From: the human T2T-CHM13v2.0 reference genome, Homo sapiens
NCBI RefSeq assembly: GCF_009914755.1
Contig: NC_060933.1
Length of the DNA stretch: 64,000 nt
Reading direction: 5' to 3' (one strand)
Positions 13,076 to 26,651 of this stretch are shown here, one piece after another. Numbering within the stretch: position 1 is the stretch's first letter; each line of letters starts with the position of its first letter. A program made the translations under genes and the position numbers. Below the pieces are notes generated by a model. That model was not told the origin of the DNA. It saw only the letters and a list, made by a program, of their open reading frames with translations, and searched no databases.

Positions 13076-16044
13076 CATTTTCAAAGCTGCTAGGGAGTGT
13101 AGATGCATTTTGTAAGAGAATACATTTTATAAATTGTTATATACACTCTGAGATTTTAACCATAATTGCAGTTCTTTTTTTATGAACACATTTTTAGTAG
13201 GCTGAATATTCTTTCTGCTTCAACCTGCTAAGATTGAAGGAAATACTGCTGAAATAGAACATGTACACAAAGACAGATTCTGAGGGAGGGTTTCTGTATT
13301 TTTTTACTTTAAAGCAGCCTAGTTGAAAAAGACTGTGGTACCTGATTCTATATCTGTGTAGTTAGCCCTTTTTTTTCTAAATGAAATTAGATCTCAGGTA
13401 AATGTTTAAATTCCCCTCAGCAAAAAGGCAGATCTACTGACAAAAAGCATGGCTGTTTAAAGCCTATAAATCTCAGAAGTGGAATGAGGGAGTTTATTTA
13501 AAGCCAGCTTCACTCCTCTTCCCTATAAATTACATATAATCACACTGGAGTGTAGGAGCTGTGACAGTCCCTACCTCACGTCTCACTTCCCACCTCCTGC
13601 TCACCCCAGGTAATACCTGAAATTTTTAATGTGAATTAAAATGCAATTAGATGAGGAAAGAAACAAACAAATATATCTGGATAAAATCACATTTGAAACA
13701 ATTTGTTATCTTAGTGGGAAGTGTCTCATGGGGACAAGGTTGACTTAACTGTGTGTTTGCTTGATATATAGAAGCCCCTAATAGTGGCTGGCTTTGAACA
13801 TTTACTTTGTTTACTTATATTTTGTGCCCTCAATATCAAATTTAGTTAAGGAAGGTATAAGATTATGGTGATATGATGATAATCGTAATGATGATGATGA
13901 TGATTTACCTGTGCATTATTTCCCCTGTAAACAAAGTCAATACATACTCTGTAACAGTGCTGCCACTTAATGACTAGATGCTATAGTCATGGGAAGTTTT
14001 ATTGTTGTTAGTCAGAAACAATTCAGGCTCCAGCTGTAGGGTTTCTACTTTTCTTTTGCAGAGCCCCCTGCCCCAGATAGTGAAATGTAACTTTGACCTG
14101 ATGTAAATGCAGAATTATAACACAGATATAACTGTACAAAATAGAGACATAATCCTGCCAGATTATTTATAACCAAAAAGTACTAAGTGATTGACAAATC
14201 ATGTGAATATATTCATGGACAAGGATAAAAATGAAACATAGCTGATTTTAAAAATAATATCTTTCCATGTGTTTTAATTAGTGATTTTATTTTCTCATCT
14301 GTAAGGTAGATACGATAAAGACAACCCACTGAATGCTTTTAGAAATAAAAAATGATAATATGCTTGAAAATATCTGGTCGAATTCTCAGCATACAATATA
14401 TGCTTCACAGTTTCTCACTTCCCCCTTTTCCCTTGTTTTCCATTACAAAATAAGTGGCAAAACTTTAATAATTTCCTCAGAACTTGAAAACTTAAAAGTG
14501 GATAAAACGGTACATAAGATAAATCCTATGTTGTGTGAACATTTAGGGACAAAACAGCGCAGCTCAGCATCTTCACTGTGGTACCAATATCAGCCTTTAT
14601 AAAAACGAATTACCCTTTAAAAAATAACATCTGCTGTTCCTCAAGCCATATAAAGTGTAAGAGAAAGTTTCAGTTGCTCAGCATATTTTAATCTCATTCC
14701 AGTAATGGAACATGTGTGTCAGAACATATATTATGAATGGAGGGGATGAGTTTTCGTGATTCATAGGATCTGTGGGGTAGAATTGTGATACTTTATTTAA
14801 CTCAGGTGCAATGTCTTGTCAGAGGCAGGGGGAGGAGGGTGAAGTGGAGAAGAAACATTTGTTATGGGGGAGAGGCTGAGCTTAGAGGACCTAACTGCTT
14901 CCCCTGTTTTGTGTACAAAGTTTTGTTGACCATAGACTAGAAGGGACTATGAAAAGACACTTCCAGGTTGAAAATTAGTCAGCACATGTATAATCTTGAC
15001 TTAACAAATAGAAGACTTTCATTTGTTTTAATTTAAAGACAACAAAAATTGAGTATAACATCACATTTGAATAATAATTTAGTTACAAAGTGCTGTAGTT
15101 TCAGTTATCCCATTGTCTTCCTTACAGTCTTGTGAGGTGATTTATATGACTGTTAATCCCCCCACTCCCAACTTTATGCTTTTCTTTTTTAAACAAAGGA
15201 CAACATTTTTGTCTCAGAGAGGCTGAGTGACTGGACAATTACCACACTCTAGTTGGGGGTGGAGTCAGCCAACCTCCTTTCTCTTTCTGTTACCCATAGT
15301 GGCCTTCTATACCAACCATCAAAGCTGCCTTTAACAAAGGCACACAGACTAGTGCTATCCAGCAGTGCACAGGTCAGTCACGCTGTGTTTCCCACCATTT
15401 CCACTCAGCGTTTAATTAAATTGTGTGCACAGCAGCTTACCCTTAAAACGCATCTGGGATTGCAGATTGTAACCATGAGGCTACAACTTCCTGATGAAAT
15501 TCTTTGGTAATGCCAGAATTTCATTACTTTATCAGTAATGGCTGAAAATATAGCTTATTTGCATTTGAGTACTACTTCATCAAAGGTAAAATGAAATCAC
15601 TGAAATGTGTCATCTGTTAGCAGGAGTGCAACCATGAACACCAACAAACTAACAAACTGTGAGGGATGCCGAGAAGAGGGATGGCCAGTGGCTCCCTCTT
15701 CATCTAATGAAAACACACCATCCCAGGGTAGCACACCAGAACCGTGTCAACTCATTTTCCTCCTTGTGCTTCTCCACATGTGTTCTCATAGTAATTACTT
15801 TTCTAAACCTGGAATGAGAGGGAGTGAAAACACCAAAGAAAGGTTATGAAATACAAGCTGAAGAGGATGCCCTTCATGCTGACTAACAAAGATGAGGGGA
15901 AGAACCAAAAATATTGAATAGTTCCTCAGAAGTTTCAGCTCTGTGTATAAAATTCCCAGTGTACAACATCCAGCCTAAGATGATGGGTTGGCTGTTAGCA
16001 TCTCCTTCACCTTCTCCCAACTCTTTTAAAACAACCATAAAATA

Positions 16045-16362
<318 letters not shown>

Positions 16363-18757
16363 TTAAAATAGTAATAAGAAAAACAGAAAAGGATACACAG
16401 TTTCAGTAGTGTTGTACCTAGGACCATTGGTTGCTAGTTAGACCAACCCCAAAAGGATCTCCCACCAATTAAAGTTTACATAGGCTTAGGAGAGAAGAGT
16501 AGATCTGGTGGAGTCAACAGGAAGGGCCAGTAGAGAAAACCCCATTGGCACTGCACCCTCAGCTTTCCGAAACCCAGACCTTGCCTGACCAGGAGTAGGA
16601 GAGGTTGCCCTGCTGCATGGGGGCTGCTGCCTTAGGTAGCCAGACCTGCTCACTCCCAAATGTCTTTACATCTTTGTTACATTTATTTGAGAAACACCAC
16701 ATCCCATGATTATCATCAAAATAATATAATAAAAATATTTAATTGCACAGGTTCTGGATCCAAAGCTTGTGGGCCCCTTGCTAGATGCGTAAACATAGGT
16801 GAGCTGCCCACCATCCATATGGAGGGTAGTAATGAGGCCTTGTCTTTTAAAGGTATGTTAGGAATTAAATGCAAAATTTACTTAAAGGGAACTCTTTGCC
16901 TGACCTAGAGTTCTCAAATGCTCGATAAGTGTTCATTGTTAAATTGAGTGATTATGGAAGTGGGTACGTGGAATTCTGTTACATCCTGAAAAGTTAAGTT
17001 GGAAGGAGGAATGAGCAGAGAGAAGAAACTGTGGAAGTAGTTCCTACTGAGGGCTAAAGAAATCTGTGCACTGTCTCTGGCAGGGGCTCACATAAATATT
17101 GCTGTAAATCATCCAAGAATAAATCTTGCCCGATCTAGGAAACCATGTTGCATGAGTGGAGGATGCCCCTGGTCTATAGCAGAACATTTAACTTTGAACA
17201 AGAGCTGTGTCCACCTCCTAGCTGTCTGGATTAAGAAAATATATGGAGTATTTTAGTGTCAATCAGATGCACAGTGTTGGTTATCAGTAATTTTCCATCT
17301 TGTCTACTAGATCAAATTCCTGACTCTTCAATTCAGAACATAGAACAATAAAAAGCAAAACAAACAAAAATTATATCTATATATATGTCTGTGTACATAC
17401 TATATATATAATATAAACTTTAGAGGTGCTTATCGTACATTCAGAGGAAAAAATATTTTTGAACAAAGATTCACTACAAAAATATCTTAGAATCTGACTT
17501 CTAAGAATCTGTAAACTTGGGAATCATAAGGAAACAGTAGTTAAGTGTGGTCATCAATTCAAATAGGTGCCTAATATTTATATTTCTCAACACTTCCCCA
17601 TAATAACTTATATTAAAGTATAATGTCCTCACTTATTCGTTTTTACACCTAGCTATATTCTAATAATATCAAACTTTTTTGGACATGTAGTGAAGTACTA
17701 AAGACTTTACAAATGAGGACATAATGATAAACTCCTAATAATAAAATACACAGTATAAGTCAATGAATAATAATGAACTGTCTAGAACTTCAGAATTTCT
17801 GTCAGAGCCTTCAGGTAAGTGGCAGCACCAGGGAATAATAAAAGTGTTCTGACTCCTCAGCTTGGGAATAGTTTATAGAGCACTCTCTTTTTCTAGACAT
17901 TGATTATTAAAGAAGCTGTGGTTTTCGAGTGTCCCCTAATTCTATTAGACTAGAAAAATAACAAACATCAATAAAACATCAGCGGACATGCCTATGTTTT
18001 TGTTTCAGATGTGGCATTGGTCAGAGCAAAAAGAGCAAATTTTCTGCTCTGCATGCATCTTCTTCAATACCCAACAGTCTCCTTTTCCTTGTCCAAGGTG
18101 GATGAGCGCTGTGTGAGGCTTGCCCCAGTTTCCCTGCAGTACTGCCAGAGAGAGCAGAGTGCACCAGAACCTGCTTAGGACTCACCTTGACCATTTGCTA
18201 CTCCATACCTTTTTGTATTTTTTTACCAATATCTCCTCCACACCCCAGTTCCTCTTAACCATCACTCTCCTCTGTACTTTTGTGAAATCAACTTTTTAGA
18301 ATTCCACATGTAAGTGGGATTGCCTCACAAAGCACTCTATGTTTTAACTCTTCTTTTACATCCATTTCTCCTATGAGACTGTAAGCACTTTGAGTGCAAG
18401 GTCAATATATTAACCGTCTTTGTTTTATCAGTGCTTAATGCTGTACTTCCTACTACTGGAATTTAGTCTCTTATGTTGGCAAAGGGCAAATCTTGCACAA
18501 GGGCTATGAAATAACACTAGTTCCAAAAGTTGACAGGAATGCTCTAGTGGCCACCTGCATTAAACAAACATTTTCTGCAGTCAGTGGGACACCTGCCTTC
18601 TAGAATATCAGGGGTCATCTAGCTAAATGTGAACACAATTTAGGGTTCATCCAGTCACATGTAATTATTCTATTTTTTCTATTGTAAATCGATGATTTTC
18701 TTAATATATATTCATAATTTTATAGTTTTCTAATCTAGTAACAGCTATGTTAAATAA

Positions 18758-19003
<246 letters not shown>

Positions 19004-19408
19004 TAATAATAATAATTGCTACCTATTGCTGCAAACCTATTAGAAAAACAGAATTTTAAGAATTACTTTGAAAAAAATGTTCTAAGTGAAAGTAAGATAC
19101 CTATTTCATTGAAAGCATTGAAAGAGAATCTTATACCATTAAATAGTGTGGAAGTTAAAAAATAATACAAATCATATATAATTTATTTTTTCTTGGTTTG
19201 CTTAATAAAGTAATTTAACATTGCCTCTGCAGTATTTTAGAGTGGTAGATTGAATTCATTTATTTTCTCTGATTTGATCTGATATTTTTGAAAGACACTG
19301 AAATTTCAAAATGTAATAAATGAGCAGTTTCTGTGTGTATGACAAGTACAGGAACACAGACTTTGAACTTGAAGAATTGTGTGTCCTTTATTAAGCAGCC
19401 AGATTTAG

Positions 19409-19747
<339 letters not shown>

Positions 19748-19831
19748 TAGACTACAGATCTCTGTGACATTCTCTGAATCTGTAAATATCCTCATAACAG
19801 TGACATTATTTCTGTTTCTGATTATATGTCA

Positions 19832-20038
<207 letters not shown>

Positions 20039-20527
20039 TTATTACATAGTGTTTGAAAGTAACCTGTATCTGTTTAAAATCTTGCTCTGCATTGATTAAT
20101 AATGTTTAAAATGTTGTGGACAGTTTCCCTATAAAAGAGATGCTGTAAGAGAAGACTCATATAGAGTCTGCATCGTATTTGTAATTTGGCTCTTTCTTCC
20201 TCCTAAAAAAAAATACGTCAATGACAGAGGTACCGTCAGCATTTTTGTTACCAAGTTAAGCAGTTCAGAGGGAAACCATAGCCAAGGCAATGCCATTTGC
20301 CAATTTTGCTTACTCTGAAAGGTTACTAGCCTGTGGGGAAAGAGCGTAAAGGTTAAGGTTCTTACTAATCCAGAACACTTAAAATGACAGATGTCAACTC
20401 TCATGATCTTACCTTGTGTAGGAGCGTGTTGAGCTTCACTGGAACAAGTGATTTACTTTCCTGGTGCCTCCTCACAGTGTGAGCTTCCTTTCAAAGTCAC
20501 TGTGCCTGCCTTTCATCCCTGCATCTC

Positions 20528-20975
20528 TATCCTGGATTGACTTGTGGTTTTCCAAAGACATATGTTGGAATCCTAACTCCCAGTACCTCAGAATGTGACC
20601 TTAATTGGATATAAGGTTTTTACAGAGGTAATCAAGTTAAAATGTAGTCAGGAGGGTTGACCCTAATCTAATATGACTGGTGTCCTCATCAAGAAGGACC
20701 TTTGGACCCAGAGACAGATGTACACACAGGGAACACAGTGCAAGGACACATAGGGAAGCAGCCCTGTGAGGAGGGAGGATTGGAATAATGCATGGACAAG
20801 CCACAGAACACCAGAGGCACCAGCAGCTAGGAGATGGGCATAGAACAGATCCCTCCCTAGAGCCTCCGGAGGCAGCACGGCCGGCAGACACCTTGATCTT
20901 GGACGTATGGCCTCCATCACTTTAGCTACCTAGTTTGTGGCACTTTGTTACAGCAGTTCTGGAAAACTAACTCAG
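20528..20975 (+). mobile_element. MLT1 (MLT1B/C-like) LTR
   Basis: cccagtacctcagaatgtgacc...gaggtaatcaagttaaaatg...ccctaatctaatatgactggtgtcct...tttgtggcactttgttacagcag. Confidence 0.85.
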
Positions 20976-21679
20976 CCTCTAAAGCCTAACTGTGCCTAAC
21001 AGGACTAGGACATCAGGAAATGTTTCCTGAATGAATGAGGGAAATTCATCCTCTCCCAGGATGCCTTTTTTGAACAACCACACTGAAAATGATCCTTCCT
21101 GGCTCTGCACATCTCTTGGACTTGTTTTGGACTAAAGCAATGAAATGTAGTGCTATGAGGGTTCAGGACTCAGCCTTCCATCGTTTTGAGCTAAAAGGTT
21201 TTTGGGGATAGGGCTTTATCTTTGCATCTCCTTCATCCTCCATCACTGTGACTGGCAAATTATAACCATTTAATAGCTTCATTTCCTACTCTATGACCAA
21301 CTGTACAGAATTTGCATGGTGAAAAAAATGTTAATGCTACTGAAGAGAGAACCCACAAAACAAACCAGAGATGGTTCTTGTGAGTGTTCAGTTATAAGAC
21401 ACAGACCCGAAGACACTTGAGAATGACAGGCCTTGGAGAAAGCGTTACCTCATGAGTTGTTGGAAAATAATTCAGGAGGATATTTCAGAAAGCAAAAGTA
21501 ATGCAAACAAAAACATGGATAATGGATGAGATACACAAAAAACAGTGAGCTGTAAGATGTGAAATGGCTGTTCAGACTGAGATGGAGAGAATATGGGGAA
21601 TTTGCTGAAAGTTGTAAAATTGCAAAGAGAGAGGCTGTCAAGTTTGGATTATAAAATACCTATGTAGATATTTGAGTTT

Positions 21680-22016
21680 CTTTTTTTAAAAAAAACTTTT
21701 ACTTTTTGTGGGTGCATAGCAGGTGTACACATTTATGGGATTCATGAGATACTTTGATACAGGCATGCAGTGCATAATAATCACATCATATAAAATGGGA
21801 TATCCATCCCAAGTATTTATCCTTTGTGTTACAGACAATCCAATTATACACTTTTAGTTATTTTAAAGTGTACAATTAAATTATTATTGACTATAGTCAC
21901 CTTGTTGTGCTATCAAATACTAGGTCTTATTCATTCTTACTATTTTTTTGTGCCCATAACTATCCCCACCTCCTCCCCAGCCCCCCACGCCCCTTCCCTG
22001 CCACTGATAACCATCT
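21680..22016 (-). mobile_element. L1MA1-3-like 3' end
   Basis: ttttgtgggtgcatagcaggtgtacacatttatggg...gatacaggcatgcagtgcataataatcacatc...ttgactatagtcaccttgttgtgctatcaaatactagg. Confidence 0.85.
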
Positions 22017-22763
22017 TGATTCGCGTTTCTTGAACTGCTACATCAACATCTCAGGGACATATTCTCCATTTGTTTATTCATTAATCCATTCTTTTAGTAA
22101 ATAAGCAAATAATTATGGTAGAGGTTAGTAATATACTCTTGGGAAATGTGAGCTGAGTCATAGTTATCATATTCTTCACTGGGCATGTCCCTTGTGTCTA
22201 GTATTTTTCCTATCAAAGCTACTTCTGTAGAAATAAAGTTCACTGACTGTATCCTATTTATTATTTTCTTAAAAAGATGGGCTGATATTGGCTGTCCTCC
22301 AGTCTTATCATTGCTGCCTTAACAATAAATTACATCTCTTATTAGAGTTTCTGCCCTTTACCAAGGCATTAATTTTAGATATGAATGGATGATATTAAAA
22401 TAACTTAAGATTTATTTTTGATACCTAAAATATTAACACTCTTGATTAATGAAAATTATGTTTTTATAGGCTTACTATCTTTCCCAGCACATTATTATCT
22501 TTATTATTATTATCTTTTCCTGACCACAGCTACATCCCCTGCCCTCAGGGTCATCGTATTAACCTTCCTGTACCAGGAGAACAGAATGCATTTCCAGCTC
22601 TCTCCTAGGGATCCTGCTGCCTCTACTTTTATGTTAAGGACACATTAAAAATGCATTCTCCAGTCTTATATATTTCTTGTATGCTCTCCCTCTGTCGTTT
22701 TATGGCTTTGTTTTTTTTGGTCTGGTTTTACCCATTACCTATGCTAATGTTTTCTATTATTAA

Positions 22764-23075
22764 AGATCCACAGTTGCTTATCTGCAATTTTTAATTCTAA
22801 AAACAAAATTATTAAAATGGTGAACCCTAAGCAGACCCAAATTTATTTAGCAGCAAAATCTGAATGTACTGACTTTGGGGCTATTTGCATTTTTTAGTTA
22901 CTCTGCTTAATGTGAATATTCGTATGTTTTATTGCAAAAATAGTAACATATGTGATTACCACCTAGTCACTCATATTTGGTGTATACACAGTATGACCTT
23001 TCTAATATATGAAATGAATCTGAATCTAAAGCAAATCTGATACCAAGGCTTTAGATAAGAGATTGTATAGCTGTC
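22764..23075. mobile_element. Tigger-family (Tigger15a-like) DNA transposon relic
   Basis: Degenerate TIRs gatccacagttgcttatctg ... tagataagagattgtatagctgt. Confidence 0.45.
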
Positions 23076-23829
23076 ATATCAATCACTGACATTTGATTAT
23101 CTGAATGGATTAATATATCAATCCACATTCTTACTAATTACATGCTTCACATTGACGCTTCAAGGGCTAGACTGATTTTGTGTTGAGAAATACCCAAGAA
23201 AACTAGATGTAACTCCCAGATTTATGGAATCTTCAGAGTAGTAAAAGCTCTGTTCAAAAGAGAGAATCCCTGTTACTTACAACAGGAATACATGAATATT
23301 TTCTGAGTAACAGAACAAGCTTCATTATGTATTATACTTTCAGTTAACAAAATGTGTTTCAGGACACAGACTCACTTGAGGTGAATAATCTCCTCATCTG
23401 CTACATCATTTTAAAAGGTGCCATTACTCAAACAAGGTCAAAAGAATAAACAACAGAAGAGGGAAGATAAAAGATAATTTTCTGGGAGAACCATATGTGT
23501 GTGTGTGTGTATGTATATATATATATAGTAGTAGTAGTAATAGGAATGGCCTTAAAAAACCACCTGGCCTAATAAGAACAAATGTTCTGAATCAGAAAGA
23601 GAGAAAAGATATTTAGAAATCCACCTAACCATGTCCTGGAATCATGCTGAGAGATTATACCATAACATTCTATTAACCATAGTCCCAGATTAGCAATCAC
23701 TGACAAGCCATTTTCCCTCATGTCTATTTTTCACTTATTTCTGAAAGAATAAAGAATTAAATCTGCTAGGAAATATAGAACTTTTTAATTCATTGTGAAA
23801 TTTTCTTCTGGTTGGGATTAGATATATTC

Positions 23830-24610
23830 AGGTTATTATCCATCCCTGACATATGTTTCAAGTTCCCCTCTGAGCACCAGACTCCATTTCCTTTCAGATG
23901 TCAAATAGTCACATCCAAAACTAAGTTTATTATCTCCATATCCTTCCCATCACCAAACCTATTACCCCTGGGCTTCCACCTCTCAGTAAATATCACAGCA
24001 TTTACCAATTGTTGGCTTGAGCCAATATGCGTGGAGTTACCAATGACTTCCATTCCTTCACACTCCACGATCAATCCATAGGCATATCCTGTCAACTCAG
24101 TCGTTAGACAGATCATGTCAGTCACAGCTTCAGAGTATATGTGGAGTCTGACAGCTTTTCCTCACCTCTGTTATTACCATGACAGCCCAGTTGCCCACCA
24201 TCTCTTACCTGGACCATTGCCACAGCTTCACATCCCATCTTGCTTCTGCCTTTGCAACTGGCTTCCAATTTAAATCTATATAATTTTATTTTCTTTAATT
24301 CTTGCTGTAAATTGCCACATATTTTATGCACCATATGAATGTAGTCATTTTCAATAAAGAACTGACCTTATTTAGATAAAAAGAAATAAGCAACTTCGAC
24401 CGTATTCTCTGCTTATCTGTGGCTTCAAATATTTTGTGCTATGTTCTTCTAGCTGCTCTTTAAAAATGTCAAGCAAGATCCATCCTTTGTACTAGCTATT
24501 CAGTATTTCTGAAATTTTCCCCTATAGCATAGATAGCTTCCTCAATTCATTTCTTGGGTAAATTATCTCTTCCTGATAGAATTCTTCTAGATAACCTAAC
24601 CCCTAATGTG
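23830..24610 (+). mobile_element. L2 fragments
   Basis: acatccaaaactaagtttattatctcc...ccatctcttacctggaccattgccacagc. Confidence 0.55.
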
Positions 24611-26007
24611 CATAGAACACACACACGCAGACACGCACGTACACAGCTCCCACTGCCCTCCCCACCCCACCCGCCTCCAGCCTGTGTCTTCCCTGGTTTT
24701 GTGTTTCCTTATGGAAGTCATTATTTCTTGTGCCCATGTATGGAATTTTGTTTTTTTCCTGTCTGTCTCTTCTCACTAGGAAGATTTTATGCAAAGAAAG
24801 AAAATGTTCTCTGAATAATATTATTGGACTTTGTTTTTTAAAACTTTCTGACAAAGAGCATACAATTTGCTATAACTGAATTCTTGTTTCACTGGTCTTT
24901 ATCAGTGTTGAGAATTTTTGAGATCCAAAATGTAGAACCGTTCTAACTGGGAAATCTAAAAAAGTGTCCACTAGCTGTCATGGGACGTTTTTGGGGCAGT
25001 GGACAAAGTGCATTAGTAGATCTCCCATGGCCTGTGTGTATTTGTTCCTAATTGTTATCTTTATTTTCCGGGCCTGACTGGAGCAAATGTGAGTGGAACT
25101 AACGGAGGGGGCAGAAGGAAGGTCAGAGGTTGGAGATCTGCCGATCAGCACTGAGCCCAGAGGCAGCAGCTGTCTGGACTGACTCGGTACCTGCTATGAG
25201 AGAGCAGGAAAGGATGGCAGACACTGCAGTTAGCACAGAGACAGAAACATTCTCAGTCTGAGTGTGTGTTACATGCCAGACACAAAGTTGGTTGACAGTA
25301 GGGAAAAGAGAGGCTGAGGGTGTGGCTGGGTAGCTACCAAGCCGTGAGCCAGTGATGGGCAGCGACACAGTGAGTCAGAGGAAGAGCAGGTCTGCAGGAC
25401 ACGTCAGCCCTGCTGCCAGGTGTGGTGTCAGCCCAAACAGCTGCACCTGTGGGTCCAGAGGTGGTCAGCGGATATCTAGTTTCGGTCGGCCTTCATTCAG
25501 CCTCTGGCTGTCATGGCCACTGGGTTACTGAAATCATGGCTTGTTTCCTTCTGTATCTCTCCATCTTCGTGTACAGCTTCCCTTTATCCAACACGAAGTC
25601 AGGCAGATTGTCCTTGTAAGGCAAACTAAACATTAGCAGAGGCAAGTACACACACACAACACTCAGGAAGTTAGAGAACATTCTTTAGTCGCTTGAAGCA
25701 AAAGGGCTTTTCCTGGCTAGGAAGCAAAAAGAAAACATTGTTTCTAAACTTGAAGCTAATGCCATCTACCATTTATGAAGAGCTCTTTGTGCATAAGGCT
25801 GTGTGCTCTGGGTTTCCAGCACTCCCACATTTAATTCTTGCACAATTCCTGTAAGGGTTACAGTTTCCAAGAAGGTAAAGAAACAGTCTCTGGCTGTGAA
25901 AGGGCTCTTTTTCACCTTGTTTCCTAACTCCATTTCTACAATAGCAAAGGAGAGAGAGACTTAGTGGTGTATTTGTCCTTATGAAACATTCTCACTTAAT
26001 TCTAATT

Positions 26008-26130
26008 TTTTATATATATATATTTATATACACACACACATACACATACACACACATAAATGATCCTCCTGCAAAGCAAAATATATGTATATATGTATAC
26101 ACATAATATAGATAAAGATGTATAGATATA
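26008..26130. repeat. (TA)n/(CA)n microsatellite
   Basis: tatatatatatatttatatacacacacacatacacatacacacacat. Confidence 0.9.
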
Positions 26131-26414
26131 AAATCCATCTGAAACGCAAAGTGTAGAGAAAAAAGAAGAACACAAAATCCTGCTAGGATGTGGTGCCAGT
26201 TGAATAGGAGACATTTCTTCATGTGGATTTAGAGTTGAGCAGAGTAGCCCAAGCTTTAGAAGTTTGTTTGAGATGGATCTGTGCTAGCAAGGAATGTCAC
26301 ATCAAGTGACACCTCTACAAATGGATCTTTCTAATACTTGTGGGCCTTCTTCACAAATTAAGGGTCAGCATGGTGTGTTGCCAACTTCACAAATTATTCA
26401 GAAGATTTGAGTTT

Positions 26415-26568
26415 CAGCTGTAGGATGAAATGAGTTCAGGGGCTGGATGCAGGTGGTGGTTGAACAACAATGTGAATATATTTAATGCCACTGAACTGTA
26501 CACTTAAAATGGTTAAAATGGTAGATTTTATGGGATATATATTTTACCACAATAAAAATTATTTTAAA
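26415..26568 (+). mobile_element. L1MB 3' end fragment
   Basis: ggtggtggttgaacaacaatgtgaatatatttaatgccactgaactgtacacttaaaatggttaaaatggta. Confidence 0.8.
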
Positions 26569-26651
26569 AGGCATCCTATGAGTTAAATAGTCAATGTGCT
26601 ATATTAGTAGTGCATGAGTTACACAGCCTTGTGTTACTTTTTTTCTCTCTG

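Noticed and set aside
26294-26311. tgtcac-N5-gtgaca palindrome
   Set aside because: 6-bp arms are expected by chance in 64 kb
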